Source: Chiloscyllium plagiosum (taxonomy: Eukaryota). Taken from it: a DNA stretch of 35,528 bases. The translations under genes were made by a program, and so were the position numbers. This document shows positions 11,864 to 23,660 of this stretch, piece by piece. Where the stretch lies: NCBI RefSeq assembly GCF_004010195.1, contig NC_057760.1:3737707-3773234 (forward strand), in the 5' to 3' direction. Each line of letters opens with the position of its first letter. Within the stretch, counting starts at the first letter, position 1. The notes under the pieces are model-generated. The model did no database searches. It saw nothing but the letters and a program-made list of their open reading frames with translations, and was not told where the DNA came from.

Positions 11864-12696
11864 AGTCTCCCATGGGGAAACTTGTCAAACACCTTAGTGA
11901 AGTCCATATAGATCGCATCTACCACTCTGCCCTCATCAATCCTCTTTGTGACTTCTTCGAAAAACTCAATCAAGTTTGTGAGACATGATTTCCCACGCAC
12001 AAAGCCATGTTGACTATCCCTAATCAGTCCTTGCCTTTCCAAATATATGTACATCCTGTCCCTCAGGATTCCTTCCAACAACTTGCCCACCACCGACGTC
12101 ATGCTCACTGGTCTATCTGGTCTATAGTTCCCTAGCATGTCCTTACCACCCTTCTTAAACAGTGGCACCACATTAGCCAACCTCCAGTCTTCCGGCACCT
12201 CACCTGTGACAATCGATGATACAAATATCTCAACAAGAGGCCCAGCAATCACTTCTCTAGCTTCCCACAGAGTTCTAGGGTACATCTGATCAGGTCCTGG
12301 GGTTTTATCCACCTTTATGCATTTCAAGACATCCAGCACTTCCTCCTCTGTAATATGGACATTTTTCAAGATATCACCTTCTATTTCCCTGCATTCCATA
12401 TCTTCCATATCCTTTTTCACAGTAAATACTGATGCAAAATGTTCGTTTAGTATCTCCCCCATTTTCTGCAGCTCCACACAAAGGCTGCCTTGCTGATCTT
12501 TGAGGGGCCCTATTCTCTCCCTAGTTACCCATTTGTCCTTAATGTATTTGTAAAACCCTTTGGATTCTCCTTAATTCTATTTACAAAGGCTATCTCATGT
12601 GCCCTTTTTGCCCTCCTAATTTCCCTCTTAAGTATACTCCTACTCCTTTATACTCTTGTAAGGATTCACTCAATCTATCCTGACTATACCTTACAT

Positions 12697-13514
12697 AGTT
12701 TTGGAAAGAATTATGAGGGATAGGATTTATGACTATTTGGCAAAGCATAGTGTGATTAAAGGCAGTCAGCATGGCTTTGTGAGGGGTAGGTCATGCCTCA
12801 CAAATCTTATTGAGTTCTTTGAGGAGGTGTCAAGACAGGTCAACAACGGTCGAGCAGTGGATGTGGTGTATATGGATTTCAGCAAGGCATTTGATAAGGT
12901 TCCCCATGGTAGGCTCATTCATAAAGTCAGGAAGTATGGGATACTGGGAGATTTAGCTATCTGGATTCCGAATTGGCTGGCTGACAGAAGACAGAGAGTG
13001 GTTGTAGATGGGAAGTATTCTGCCTGGAGGACAGTGTTGAGTGGGGTCCCGCAGGGCTCTGTTCTTGGGCCTCTGCTCTTTGTAGTTTTTATAAATGACT
13101 TGGATGAGGAGGATGAGGGGTGGGTTAGGAAATTTGCAGATGACACAAAGGTTGGAGGTGCTGTCGATAGTATAGAGGGCTACTGCAGGCTGCAGCGCGA
13201 CATAGACAGGATGCAGAGCTGGGCTGAGAAATGGCAGATGGAGTTCAAGGAGTTCAACCTGGATAAATGCAAAGTGATGCATTTTGGAAGGTCGAACTGG
13301 AATGCTGAATATAGGATTAAAGATAGGATTCTTGGCAGTGTGGAGGAATAGAAGGATCTGGGTGTGCAAGTACATAGCTCCCTCAAAGTTCCACCCAAGT
13401 GGATAGGGTTGTAAAAAAAGCATATGGTGTTTTGGCTTTCATTAACAGGGGGATTGAGTTCAAGAGCCACGAGGTTTTGCTGCAGCTCTACAAGTCCCTG
13501 GTGAGGTAACACTT
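12697..13514 (+). mobile_element. CR1 RT fragment of a different subfamily
   Basis: 216-aa ORF with YMDFSKAFDKV, GVPQGSVLGP, FADDTK; nucleotide sequence diverged from neighbouring CR1 copies. Confidence 0.92.
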
Positions 13515-13717
13515 AGAACTGCAGATGCTGGAAACCAGATTCTGGATCAGTGGTGCTGGAAGAGCACAGCAATTCAGGCAGCATCCGAGGACAGGCAAAA
13601 TCGACGTTTCGGGCAAAAGCCCTTCATCAGGAATAAAGGCAGAGAGCCTGAAGCATGGAGAGATAAGCTAGAGGAGGGTGGGAGTGGGGATAGAGTAACA
13701 TAGAGTACAATAGGTCA
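13515..13717 (-). mobile_element. Family A PLE 3' end
   Basis: Reverse complement of ~51-228 plus terminal CCAGCATCTGCAG. Confidence 0.8.
13599..13634 (-). ncRNA. Minimal hammerhead motif (family A), intact core
   Basis: Reverse strand ATTC-CTGATGA-A-GGGCTTTTGCCC-GAAAC-GTC-GATT, identical to 134-169. Confidence 0.8.
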
Positions 13718-13887
13718 AGTTGGGCTTGTCCACCCTTGGGCAAATTGTAGATGGTCATGTGATAAGGGAATGAGGTATGATGGCGGATAATGAGAGACAT
13801 ATCCCCCATCACTCCTTGTTCCCTAATTCCACTTTCATATCTACTCACCTTGTATCTACCATTTACAGACCTCAGGGACCATGTAGA

Positions 13888-14650
13888 GGAAAGCAAATCT
13901 TAGCAGGACTTATACACTTATTGGTAAGGTCCTAGGGAGTGTTGCTGAACAAAGAGAGCTTGGAGTGCAGGTTCATAACTCCTTGAAAGTAGACTCACAG
14001 GTAGATAGGATAGTGAAGATGGCGTTTGGTGTGCGTTCATTTCTTGGTCAGTATATTGAGGAGAGAAGTTGGGAGGTCATGTTGCAGCTGTACAGGACAT
14101 TGGTTAGGCCACTTTTGGAATATTGCGTGCAATTCTTGTCTCCTTCCTATCGGAAAGATGTTGTGAAACTTGAAAGGATTCAGAAAAGATTTACAAGGAC
14201 ATTGCCAGGGTTGGAGGATTTGAGCTATAGGGAGAGGCTGAATAGGCTGGGGCTGTTTTCCCTGGAGCATCGGAGGCTGAGGGGTGACCTTATAGAGATT
14301 TACAAAATTATGAGGGGCATAGATAGGATAAATAGACAAGGTGGAGTGGGGGAGTTCAGAACTAGAAACCGTAGGTTTATGGTGAGAGGGTAAAGATATA
14401 AAAGAGACTTAAGGGGCAACCTTTTCATGCAGAGGGTGGTATGTGTGGAATGAGCTGCCTGAGGAAGTGGTGTACGCTAGTACAATTGCAACTCTTAAAA
14501 GGTATCTGGATGGGTACTTGAATAGGAAGGGTTTGGATGAATATGGGCCGGGTGCTGGCAGGTGGGACGAGATTGGGTTGGGATAGCTGATCAACATGGA
14601 CAAGTTGGACCGAAGGGTCTGTTTCTGTGCTGTACATCTCTATGACTCTG
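13888..14650 (+). mobile_element. CR1 LINE 3' end
   Basis: 142-aa ORF2 C-terminal fragment (LYRTLVRPLLEYCVQF) and TCTATGACTC tail. Confidence 0.93.
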
Positions 14651-14671
14651 TTCTGCTCTCTCCATCAAACC

Positions 14672-15312
14672 TTGATTTGATTTAATATTGTCACATGTAC
14701 CTAGGTACAGTGAAAAGTTTTGATTTGTGTGAAGTTCAGGTAGATCATGTATAAAATGCATTAGGGTTATAGAACAGAGCTAAGAATACAATGTTATGGC
14801 TGCAGAGAAGGTGAAAAGATCAATATTAAATGTAAAATTTGTTCATTCAGAAGTCTAATAACAGCAAGGAAGAAGGCATTCTTAAATCTGTTGGTATACA
14901 TGTTTAAACGTTTGTAACTTCGGCCTAATGGACGAGGTTGGAAGAGACTATAACCAGGGTGGGGAGGGGGATTTGATTATACTGGCTACCTTCAGGAGGC
15001 AGTGAGACATATAGATGGAGTCAATGGATGGAGGGCTGGTTTGTTTGCAGTTCAGGCAGATCATATTGTACAAAATGCCGACAAAATATCATAGACTGGG
15101 TGGAGTTCACAACTCTCTATAGTTTCTTACAGTCCTGGGCAGATTAGTTGCCATACAAAGCTGTGCTGTATCCATTAGAATGCTTTCTATGGTGCATCAA
15201 TAAAAATTGGTAAGAGTTTCTATGGACATGCCGAATTTCCTTCGCCACCTGAGGAAGTTAGAGGCATTGCTGTGCCTTCTTGACTATAGCGTCAACGTGA
15301 GTGGACCAATCC
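14672..15312 (-). mobile_element. Rex1/Babar-type LINE 3' fragment
   Basis: Reverse strand encodes a decayed KKAQQ.L.FLR..RKFGMS..LTNFY motif and ends in GTGACAATATTAAATCAAA. Confidence 0.7.
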
Positions 15313-15734
15313 AGCTTATGTGTTTTTCTTTCAATTTCCAGTTATATTTATAAATACTGATGGAAATACCTGCATCTAGAAAACTAGAAGAAACAAATCT
15401 AAGATGCTGGGCTCTTTTTTTCACCGAAATATTCAATGAGCCAAGGTTCATTTATTGGAGTGGCCTGGGATGATGAAACGAAGGAAAATATCGAGAGTGA
15501 AAACCCAAGTTAACAACTTCAAGCAGAATAATTGAGGGCTGGTGCTGTGAGGAATACAGGAGGCACGGATGCTGAATTGCTGTTCTTTTTACTCATAAAC
15601 ATTGAACTTAAGTGCCATTTGAACCTACTGCATTATTTGATAAGATCATGTTTGAGCAATAGAATTAATGAGGTCTTCACTTCTATAATTGTGACTGTGC
15701 AGAGGGAAAACAAGTTTTTTTTAATTAAATGTGA

Positions 15735-15850
15735 GTCCATGGGATGTAGGCAATACTGGTTAGGCCAGCATTTATTACCCATCCTTAATTGTCCCGGAGA
15801 AAATAGGGGTAAGTCGCCATCTTGAACTTCTGCAGTTCCCAAGGTGTAGG
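15735..15850 (-). mobile_element. CR1/L2-type LINE 3' tail fragment
   Basis: Reverse-complement similarity to the tail at ~22900-23020. Confidence 0.55.
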
Positions 15851-15938
15851 AGATTATCAATGTCTAAAGTTTGTGCGAAGATTTGTAGCTTGGGTGCTCG
15901 TTGTTGTGGTTCTGTTCGCCGAGTTGGAAGTTTTTGTT

Positions 15939-15978
15939 GCAAACGTTTCGTGCCCTGGCTAGGCGACATCATCAGTGC
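15939..15978 (-). ncRNA. Hammerhead motif (family C), left arm
   Basis: Reverse strand GCA-CTGATGA-T-GTCGCCTAGCCAGGGCAC-GAAAC-GTT-TGC. Confidence 0.65.
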
Positions 15979-16088
15979 TTGGGAGCCTCCTGCGAAGCGC
16001 TTCTTTGATGTTTCCTCCGGTGTTTATAGTGGTACCACTATAAACACCGGAGGAAACATCAAAGAAGCGCTTCGCAGGAGGCTCCCAA

Positions 16089-16128
16089 GCACTGATGATG
16101 TCGCCTAGCCAGGGGACGAAACGTTTGC
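16089..16128 (+). ncRNA. Hammerhead motif (family C), right arm
   Basis: GCA-CTGATGA(16092-16098)-T-GTCGCCTAGCCAGGGGAC-GAAAC-GTT-TGC; helix I GCA/TGC. Confidence 0.75.
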
Positions 16129-16164
16129 AACAAAAACTTCCAGCTCGGCGAACAGAACCAACTT

Positions 16165-16415
16165 TGTATGGAATGAGCTGCCGGAGGAAGTGGTGGAGGC
16201 TAGGACAACTGCAACATTTAAAAGTCATTTGGAGGGATGTGGGCCGGCTGCTGGCAGGTGGGACTAGATTAGGTTGGGATATCTGGTCGGCATGGACTGA
16301 TGGGTCTGTTTCCGTGCTGTACATCTCTATGACTATATGACTCTGTTACCTGAGTGATAACATTTTCAGGTAGAGGTGGTTCATGTATGGAACGAGCTGC
16401 CAGAGGAAGTGGTTT
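16165..16415 (+). mobile_element. CR1 3' tail plus short CR1 fragment
   Basis: TGGAATGAGCTGCC..GCTGTACATCTCTATGACTATATGACTC; similar start repeated at ~16385. Confidence 0.85.
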
Positions 16416-16544
16416 ATTGAGGGGAATTAGTAGTTGTTAATCATCTTATAAACTGCACATCTCTTTAATACACAGCTTCCTAATCAACCACTCACCATAA
16501 GCAAATTAGCCAAGTTGTTCATTTTAAAGACAGAACAATAGAAC

Positions 16545-17955
16545 AAAATATTACATTATTTAAATGGCGAAAAACTGCAGAAGGTAGTAACACAAGGAAG
16601 CTTGTACATAAAACGCAGAAAGCTAACACATAGGTGTAGCAGGTAGTCAGGAGGACTAATAGAATGTTGGCCCATATTTCAAGGGAGTTGGAGTATAAGA
16701 GTAGGGAAGTCTTATTGCAACATGACAAGATGCTGGTGAGACATAGAACATAGAACAGTACAGCACAGTACAGACCACATCTGGAGGACTGTGAGCAGTT
16801 TTGGTCCTGTTATTTAAGGAAATATTTCATTGCAGATACTTCAGAGAAGGTTCATTGGGATGATCCCTGGTATGGAGGAATTGTTTTATGAGCAAAGGCT
16901 AAACTTAATTCTTGATTAGTAAAGGGGTCAAGGATTACGGAAGAAGGCAGGAGAGTAGGTTTGAGAAACATATCAGTGAATGGGGAAGCAGACTTGTTGG
17001 CTGAATGGTCTAATTATGCTCTGTATCTTAAGGTCTGAGGTCAATAAATGTTGGCCAGTCAGCGACATCCACGTCCCACCAGTAAACAAACAAAAAGGTG
17101 ATTGGAGTGCTGTGCTTTATTGCAAAGGGAATGGAGTATAGAAGTAGGAATGCCTTGCTACATTATCAAGGCCATGGTGAGACAGTGCCTCAAATATTGC
17201 ATGCAGTTTAGGTCTTCTTATTTAAGGAGGGGTATTCTTGGATTGTAGACAATTCAGAGAAAGTTCACTTGATTGATTACAGTGGGATAAAGGAGTTGTT
17301 TTATGAGGAAAAATTGAGCAGCTTAGGCCCATTATCAATGGAATTTCTGAAAGATGAATTTGTTGAAATATATTAGGACAGGCTTGACAGGGTAATTGAT
17401 GGTGTTTCCCTAATGAGGAAGTCTAGCACTACAAGGACACAATGTTAAAAATAAGGGTTTGCCCACTTAAGATAGCGATAGGGAAAAAGTTCTTCTCTCA
17501 GAGAGTGGTTAGTCTTTGAAATTTTCTTCCACAAGACTAAGTTAGATAGATTTGTGATCAACAGGGGAGTCAAGGGTTATGAAGGCGCAGTCAGGAAAAT
17601 AGAGTTAAAGCTACAATTAGATGAACCATGATCTTAAATCATTTCAAATATATATTAATGACTTGAATGAAGAAAATGAATGTACTATCACAAAGTTTGT
17701 GGTTGACAAAATTAAGTGGGAAGGGAACTGGTGAGGAATGCGTAGAATCTAGAGAGGGATATAGACATCTTAAGTGAATAAGCAAAAGACTTGGCAAATG
17801 AAATACTAGGGGGAAATGTGATGTTATGCATTCTGACAGGAAGAACAGAAGGTCTGAATGTTATTTAATTGGAGAAAAGTTTCTGAAACCTGTGGCACAG
17901 AGGGATTTGGGGTCCCTCATGCATGACTCACAAAATAAATTAACATCCAAGTTTG
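16545..17955 (+). mobile_element. Cluster of old, degenerate CR1 fragments
   Basis: Recurrent decayed CR1 ORF2 motifs (GAGTATAAGAGTAGGGAAGTC, TTCAGAGAAGGTTCA, ATTAATGACTTG). Confidence 0.7.
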
Positions 17956-18924
17956 GTGATGTAGGGAACCTTACCTAAGTATGGCAGAGGGGTGCCAGGG
18001 TCAGTAATGTATTCCTTGCCCTAATTTGAATAACATGCAGTTTCACCCTCAGTCAATCCCCAATCAGGACCCCCTTTCGTCCCTTAATCTCTATACTTGA
18101 CCCAAAGCACATAAAAACCCTCTCTGGCTGAAAAGCTGTGACTTCAAGGTACCACTTGAAGTGCTGCTTAGAAATCTTTTCATTTACTTTAAAGTTTCTG
18201 AGTCTTAATTTCTGACTCCTGAACCTGCCTGTGTGCCTTCTTGGCATTTCTTTTCACTGTCTCAAATTGACTTTGATAATTTGAGAGATATAATCTTCTC
18301 CTGATTGGCAATCTCTAAGGATTTAACCTTTTTCTTTAATTCTGTTTTCTGATTGGAAAACCTCAATTTCCTGACTGGCAACCTTTAGGCCATCAAGTTT
18401 CTGTTTTATTTCTGCATTTTCTGACGTAATTCCCCATTTTCTGACTTCATCTCACTTATCTCAGCATGTCTTTGCTTTAATGCAAACTTTGCGAACCAGG
18501 TTTCTGCAAAAAGGCAACAAATTCTCATCATCCTATCTTATTTGAGTGCTCACTTTCCCAAGAAATTTCTAATTGACTGTAACAAACGTTTTAGTGCAAC
18601 AGGTCTTGGAACATCACAAGCTTGCTAATACTCTATCCACTTTGGCAATTTCATATTCAAGCATTCCTTAACAAAGTTCTCCTATTCAGGTTAATTGTTT
18701 GTCATGATTTCAGAGTAAACAATTGAGCCTAATTCAATAATACAAAAATTTAAATGGTCTGATTGAACCTGAAAAAAGTTTTGCAACCTCATCCACCCAC
18801 TTGAATTCTAGACATCGTGTGGGACAGTTGCCCTCTTAATTGAAGTAGCAGGCAGGAGGAAGGGCGTGATGTGTGATGTGAAGGTGTTGTGGGGGTGAAG
18901 GGAGATGTTCGGAGTGAACCATGC

Positions 18925-20420
18925 AATCAAAGAAAGTGCAACACCTGCCTGGTTACTTCTTTCCTCCTCATTATCCAAGCTTCCAGATGAAGCAGTGATT
19001 TACCTGCACTTCACTCAATCTAGTCTACAGTATTCACTGCTCACAATGTGGTCTGCTGTACATTGGGAACATGAAATACAGCCTGGGCGACTACTTTGCA
19101 GAACACGTATGTTCTGCTTGCAAAAATGACTCTGGGCTTCCTGTTGCCTGCCACATCAATACACCACAGTGTTCCAGGCCAATATCTTTGTCTCAAGCTT
19201 GCTTCAGTGCTCCAGGGAAGCTTAGTGCAAGCTGGAAGAACTATATCAGATTTTCTACTTGGGGATTCTGCAGTCTTCTGGATTTAATATTGATTCCAAT
19301 AATTTTGGGACTGTTACAAATCCTTCTGCTAATTAAACCAAACACACAACAAAGCTCACCTTGCCTCATAATCTGTTAAAGTATGAGTGACAGAGAACTC
19401 CCCAAATTCCACTATTTACAGAAAAAAAATCAATTTTATTCTTTAACTCTAAAAGTGAACATTAAACAACAACGTTTACAACTTTAAGCCTCCTTTCTCT
19501 TAAAGGTTTGTTATCTACCTCCAATATGCCGTTCCAATAACCACCCGTATTAAAATAATATCAACTTAACTTTAAAACCAGAAAGCAGCGATTGTCTCCA
19601 GTCTCCTCCTTCCTCTGGATCTCGAGCTATCTGGGTCGTCTTTGGTCTTTTGCTGCAAAGAAGTTTTATATGAAAAAGAGGTCTTTGACTGGCAGTTACT
19701 CTGATGGCAGTTGGTCACTTTCTCTGGCTAACCCTCAAAATGTCTGCTTCTTTACAACGCAAACATTGGATCATCTCATTGATTCGATGTTGGCACAACA
19801 GTAACATTCAAATTCGATTGGGTTTTAGTATCCTGGGGCATAATTTAAATTGTTTGGTTAAATTCAAATGGTTGTCAGCATAGCAACCAAAACTCAGGTA
19901 TTCTGTTCACAGCCAATGTTACATATTTCCAATTTCCCAGTACACTCTGAGATTGCTTGTCAGTCACATGACAGGTGCCTACAAGCTCTCAATGCCAAAC
20001 AGCTTTCACTCTCTCTTAAAGGTACAATACACACCTTCAACTTCATAACAACCTTCTCCCATGTCCTTAGCCCTATGCTCCTGGACACCAGATCTTGACA
20101 TCATTTGGGCTGCTACCACAAATAGCCCATTGTCAGCCACTAATAGTCTCCACTAGCAGATATTGATTCTCCCAGGCTCACCTTTACCCATTCCTTTGCC
20201 CAACTGTTTTATTTTTCTCTCTCTCTCTCTCTGGGCTCCATCCCCAACCATCACTTACTCATCCCTGTTTCCACCCACCCATCTTCAGCATATACAACCT
20301 GTTCCTAGTTATAATAATTTCTTCAGAAGGGTCACTGTACCCAAAATGTTAACTCTTCTTTCTCTCCACAGATGATGCCAGATCTGCTGAGTCTTTCTAG
20401 CAATTTCTGTTTTTGTTTCT
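18925..20420 (+). mobile_element. Old Penelope-like element 3' part (GIY-YIG remnant), split by an insertion
   Basis: From 18999 reads FTCTSLNLVYSIHCSQCGLLYIGNMKYSLGDYFAEH..LPVACH; PLE-type 3' module at ~20320-20420. Confidence 0.8.
19312..20050. mobile_element. Possible solo LTR
   Basis: 739-bp segment bounded by TGTTA...TAACA interrupting the PLE; no clean TSD. Confidence 0.4.
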
Positions 20421-21209
20421 CCTGAAATTATGTCAATTCCTGCAATCCTGCCGCCCTGTCATCCTAAAATTATTGATTTTGAATATAAATTAGCACTATT
20501 CCATTTGGCAGGAATATCCTTTCACTGTACAGAGATTGTGAAAATAAATGGAGTCTCTTCTGATTTAAGAGGTTGCTACCAAATTAAATGACAAGGAATT
20601 AACAGCTCAATTGTGCCATTATGACAGGGTCTGAATGAGATTTTTGAGATAGAGTTGCAACTTCAGTGACACCTATTGTCTATCTCTTTACAAATCCTAA
20701 TATTTACACTTTAGTCCTTGTTTGTTATGGCTTCTGATGCAGAATGATTAGCATTCCTAAATTTAAGCTCAGGACAGAAATCTATTGATATGCAATATGT
20801 CTTTGAGTCAGTGGAAGGTGGATATCCTGCTGACTGTTTCTAGGTGCAGTGTTATGCATATTAACATTATAAATAGAATTGGTGGGATTTGAATGTACTG
20901 TCACCCAGCAAACGCATCCCAAACTCAGTTAAATAGGACCTGTCACATTCTTTCTGGATAACCATATGTCCACGTGGTACGGAGTCATTGAAATAAACAA
21001 AGAGGTAGAAGCAGTTTCTACAGTCGGCTTCTATTTCCTTAAGTTTAGTTGGAGAAGAATGTGTTGGTGTTGAAGGAGCTGATCAAAATTCCCTCTCTTT
21101 GATAATTTTCTGGAAATACCTGTTGTACAGTATGTGTTTTTAGATGCCAAGTTAGGAAAGAATCAGGTCAGTATATCTATTTTCCCTCAATAGACTAGGA
21201 CTACTGATA

Positions 21210-21387
21210 CTGAAAATGTGTTGCTGGAAAAGCACAGCAGGTCAGGCAGCATCCAAGGAGCAGGAGAATCAATGTTCATGCCCGAAACGTCAATTCTCCT
21301 GTTCCTTGGATGCTGCCTGACCCGCTGCGCATTGCCAGCAACACATTTTCAGCTCTGACCTCCAGCATCTGCAGTCCTCACTTTCTC
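21210..21387. mobile_element. Family A fold-back element with collapsed centre
   Basis: Inverted arms ~21210-21276/~21286-21352; TSD CTAGGA(C/T)TACTGATA at 21195-21209 and 21388-21402. Confidence 0.85.
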
Positions 21388-22038
21388 CTAGGATTACTGA
21401 TAGAATAATCAACAATGAGAAAGGTTTCAGAGGTGAGGTGAGAGTGATAGTCCTTGATATCAAGGCTGCAATGACTGAATGAGGCATCAAAGAGTCCAAG
21501 CAAAGCTGAAATCAATGGGTAACAGGGAGCAAACTCTCCACTCGATGCAATCATACCTGGCACATAGGAAGATGGTTGTGGTTCTGTGGATCAGTCATCT
21601 AAGCTTCAGGATGTCTCTGCAGAATTCCCCAGGATAGTGTTCTAGGCCCAACCATCTTCAGCTGCTTCACTAGTGACATTCCCACAATCACAAAGTATCA
21701 TAAGGTCAGAAGTGGGACGTTCGCAAGTGATTGCACAATGTTCAGCATCATTCGTGACTCCTCCATGCAGTCCATGTTAAAATGCAACAAGATCTGAATA
21801 ATATCCAGATTTAGACTGACAAGTCACAAGTAAAAATCACACAACACCAGGTTAGAGTCCAACAGATTTAATTGGAAGCACTAGCTTTCGGAGCGCTACT
21901 CCTTCAGCGCTCTGAAAGCTAGTGCTTCCAATTAAACCTGTTGGACTCTAACCTGGTGTTGTGTGATTTTTAACTTTGAGCTGAAAAATGTGTTGCTGGA
22001 AAAGCGCAGCAGGTCAGGCAGCATCCAAGGAGCAGGAG

Positions 22039-22074
22039 AATCGACGTTTCGGGCATAAGCCCTTCTTCAGGAAT
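22039..22074 (-). ncRNA. Hammerhead motif (family A), intact core
   Basis: Reverse strand ATTC-CTGAAGA-A-GGGCTTATGCCC-GAAAC-GTC-GATT. Confidence 0.8.
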
Positions 22075-22084
22075 GCCCTTCCTC

Positions 22085-22120
22085 ATTCCTGAAGAAGGGC
22101 TTATGCCCGAAATGTCGATT
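22085..22120 (+). ncRNA. Hammerhead motif (family A), one helix III change
   Basis: CTGAAGA-A-GGGCTTATGCCC-GAAAT-GTC. Confidence 0.7.
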
Positions 22121-23169
22121 CTCCTGCTCCTTGGATGCTGCCTGACCTGCTGCGCTTTTCCAGCAACACATTTTTCAGCTCTGATCTCCAGCATCCGCAG
22201 TCCTCACTTTCTCCTAGTTGATTTTTAACTTTGTACACCCCAGTCCAACACCAGCATCTCCAAATCAGTCACAAGTAAATTCATGCCACAAAAATGCCAG
22301 GCAGTGACCATCACCACTGCTCCTTGACATTTAATGGTGTTACATTCACTGAATTCCCCACTATCAATATCTTTGGAGTTACCATTGACCAGAAATTCAA
22401 CTGGACTCACCACATACACACAAGGGCTACAAGAGCAGGTCAGAGGCTAGGAGTACTGCTGTGAATAACTCACCTCCTGACTCCCCAAAGCCTATCCATC
22501 TACAAGGCACAAGTCAGGAGTGTGAGGAGATGCTCCCCACTTGCCCTAGATGGGTACAGCTCGAGCAATATTCAAGAAGCTTGAGACCATCCGAGACACA
22601 GCAGACCACTTGATTGGCACTACATCCACAAGCATCTACTCCACTCTACTGAGCATCCACCACCGATGCTCAGTAGCAACATTGTGCACTATCTACAAGA
22701 TGCACTAATGAAACTCACCAGAGATACTTAGATAGCACTTTCAAAACCATGACCATTTCCATCTAGAAGGACAAGGGCAACAGGTACATTGGAACACGAC
22801 TACTTACAAGTTCCTCTCCAAGCTACCCACCATCCTGTCTCGTAAGTGTATCATTTTTCCTTCATTGTTGCTGGGTCAAAACCCTCCCTCACAGGTGAAT
22901 CAACCTACAGCTGGTGGACTGCAACGATTCAAAAGGGCAGCTCACCTCTGCCTTCTCAAGGACAACTGGAAATGAGCAATAAAACGCTAGCCAGCCAATG
23001 ATGCCCATGTCCATGATTAATTTTTTAAAATCTTAACAGAATGACACTTTTTCTGTCTGAAGTACATAAAGACACCACAAACCAAAAACATAATTGTTCT
23101 CAGTGAGGTTGATCACTCAAAAGTCAGGATTACGTGGAGTTCACATTCAGCTGCCAATCATGTTAAAAT

Positions 23170-23660
23170 GGAATATAAAAACAGCACAGCTGTACAGGCC
23201 TTACTAAGTTCACAAGTGGAGGTTTAGTTTTCCTGGATTGAAAAAAATCTAAGATTGTTTACAAAGCAGTTCAGGGAAGGTTCACTTGATTCATTCCTTG
23301 GATGAAAGGTTTGTCTTGTGAGGAACAGTTGAACAGGGTAGTCCATTGAAGTTTAAAAGAACGATCGGCATTCTAATTGAAGCATATAAGGTCTACCCAG
23401 TGGGGACTGGGGAGCATTTTCTTCTTGGAGACTAAAACTGGATCATTAGAGTATGACATTCTCTTCCCTAGAATGAGGTGGGGGCTGGAACTTTAAATAT
23501 ATTAAAGACGGAGTTCAGTAGTTTTCTTAAGGCTTAAGAAGTGCAGACAAGAAAGTGGATCTGAGACTGCAACTAGATCAGACATGACATTGTTGAATGA
23601 TGGAATATGTTTGACAGGCTGAATGGTCTACACCTGCTTCTATGTTCTTATGTTAATGTT
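23170..23660 (+). mobile_element. Old CR1 3' fragment
   Basis: Decayed CR1 motifs; tail GGCTGAATGGTCTACACCTGCTTCTATGTTCTTATGTT. Confidence 0.6.

Larger units (their letters stand above)
10447..12690 (-). mobile_element. CR1 (HER1-like) LINE spanning the assembly gap
   Basis: ORFs 11674-12477 (PGPD, SQHGFVRGKSCLTNL, GVPQGS), 11379-11573 and 10710-10943; 3' tail at 10447. Confidence 0.93.
15866..16160. mobile_element. Family C PLE fold-back element (254-bp spacerless palindrome 15907-16160)
   Basis: 127-bp arms around centre GGT|ACC (16033/16034) with 2 mismatches; homologous to 34738-35105. Confidence 0.85.
21979..22218. mobile_element. Family A fold-back element nested in family B element
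   Basis: 98-bp arms 21978-22075/22084-22181 with 8-bp spacer; perfect 15-bp TSD TGATTTTTAACTTTG (21964-21978, 22219-22233). Confidence 0.9.
21835..22266. mobile_element. Family B fold-back element (outer)
   Basis: Inverted arms ~21831-21896/~21906-21971; 3' end resumes at 22219-22266; TSD AGTCACAAGTAAA at 21822-21834 and 22267-22279. Confidence 0.85.
21403..23020 (+). mobile_element. Degenerate CR1/L2-clade LINE (RT to 3' tail), host of nested PLE inserts
   Basis: Decayed LDIKAA, PQDSVLGP..F motifs; tail related to the Deu-type SINE tails. Confidence 0.75.

Noticed and set aside
11674..13351. Long RT ORFs as a functional gene, retron or defence RT system
   Set aside because: They are truncated CR1 ORF2 fragments among many decayed copies in eukaryotic DNA.
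15340..15700. Non-repetitive-looking stretch as an exon
   Set aside because: No open, recognisable frame with splice sites on either strand.
15860..16340. Mirror-image ORFs on both strands
   Set aside because: Automatic consequence of the palindrome.
17960..18840. Possible LTR-retrotransposon internal remnant
   Set aside because: No diagnostic gag/pol motif could be read.
20315..20356. Hammerhead at the 3' end of the older PLE
   Set aside because: The position fits but both CUGANGA and GAAA are mutated, so it is not called.
21210..22266. Palindromic elements as DNA-transposon MITEs or CRISPR repeats
   Set aside because: Arms are asymmetric, TSD lengths vary, ends are shared with PLE 3' modules, and there is no repeat-spacer periodicity.
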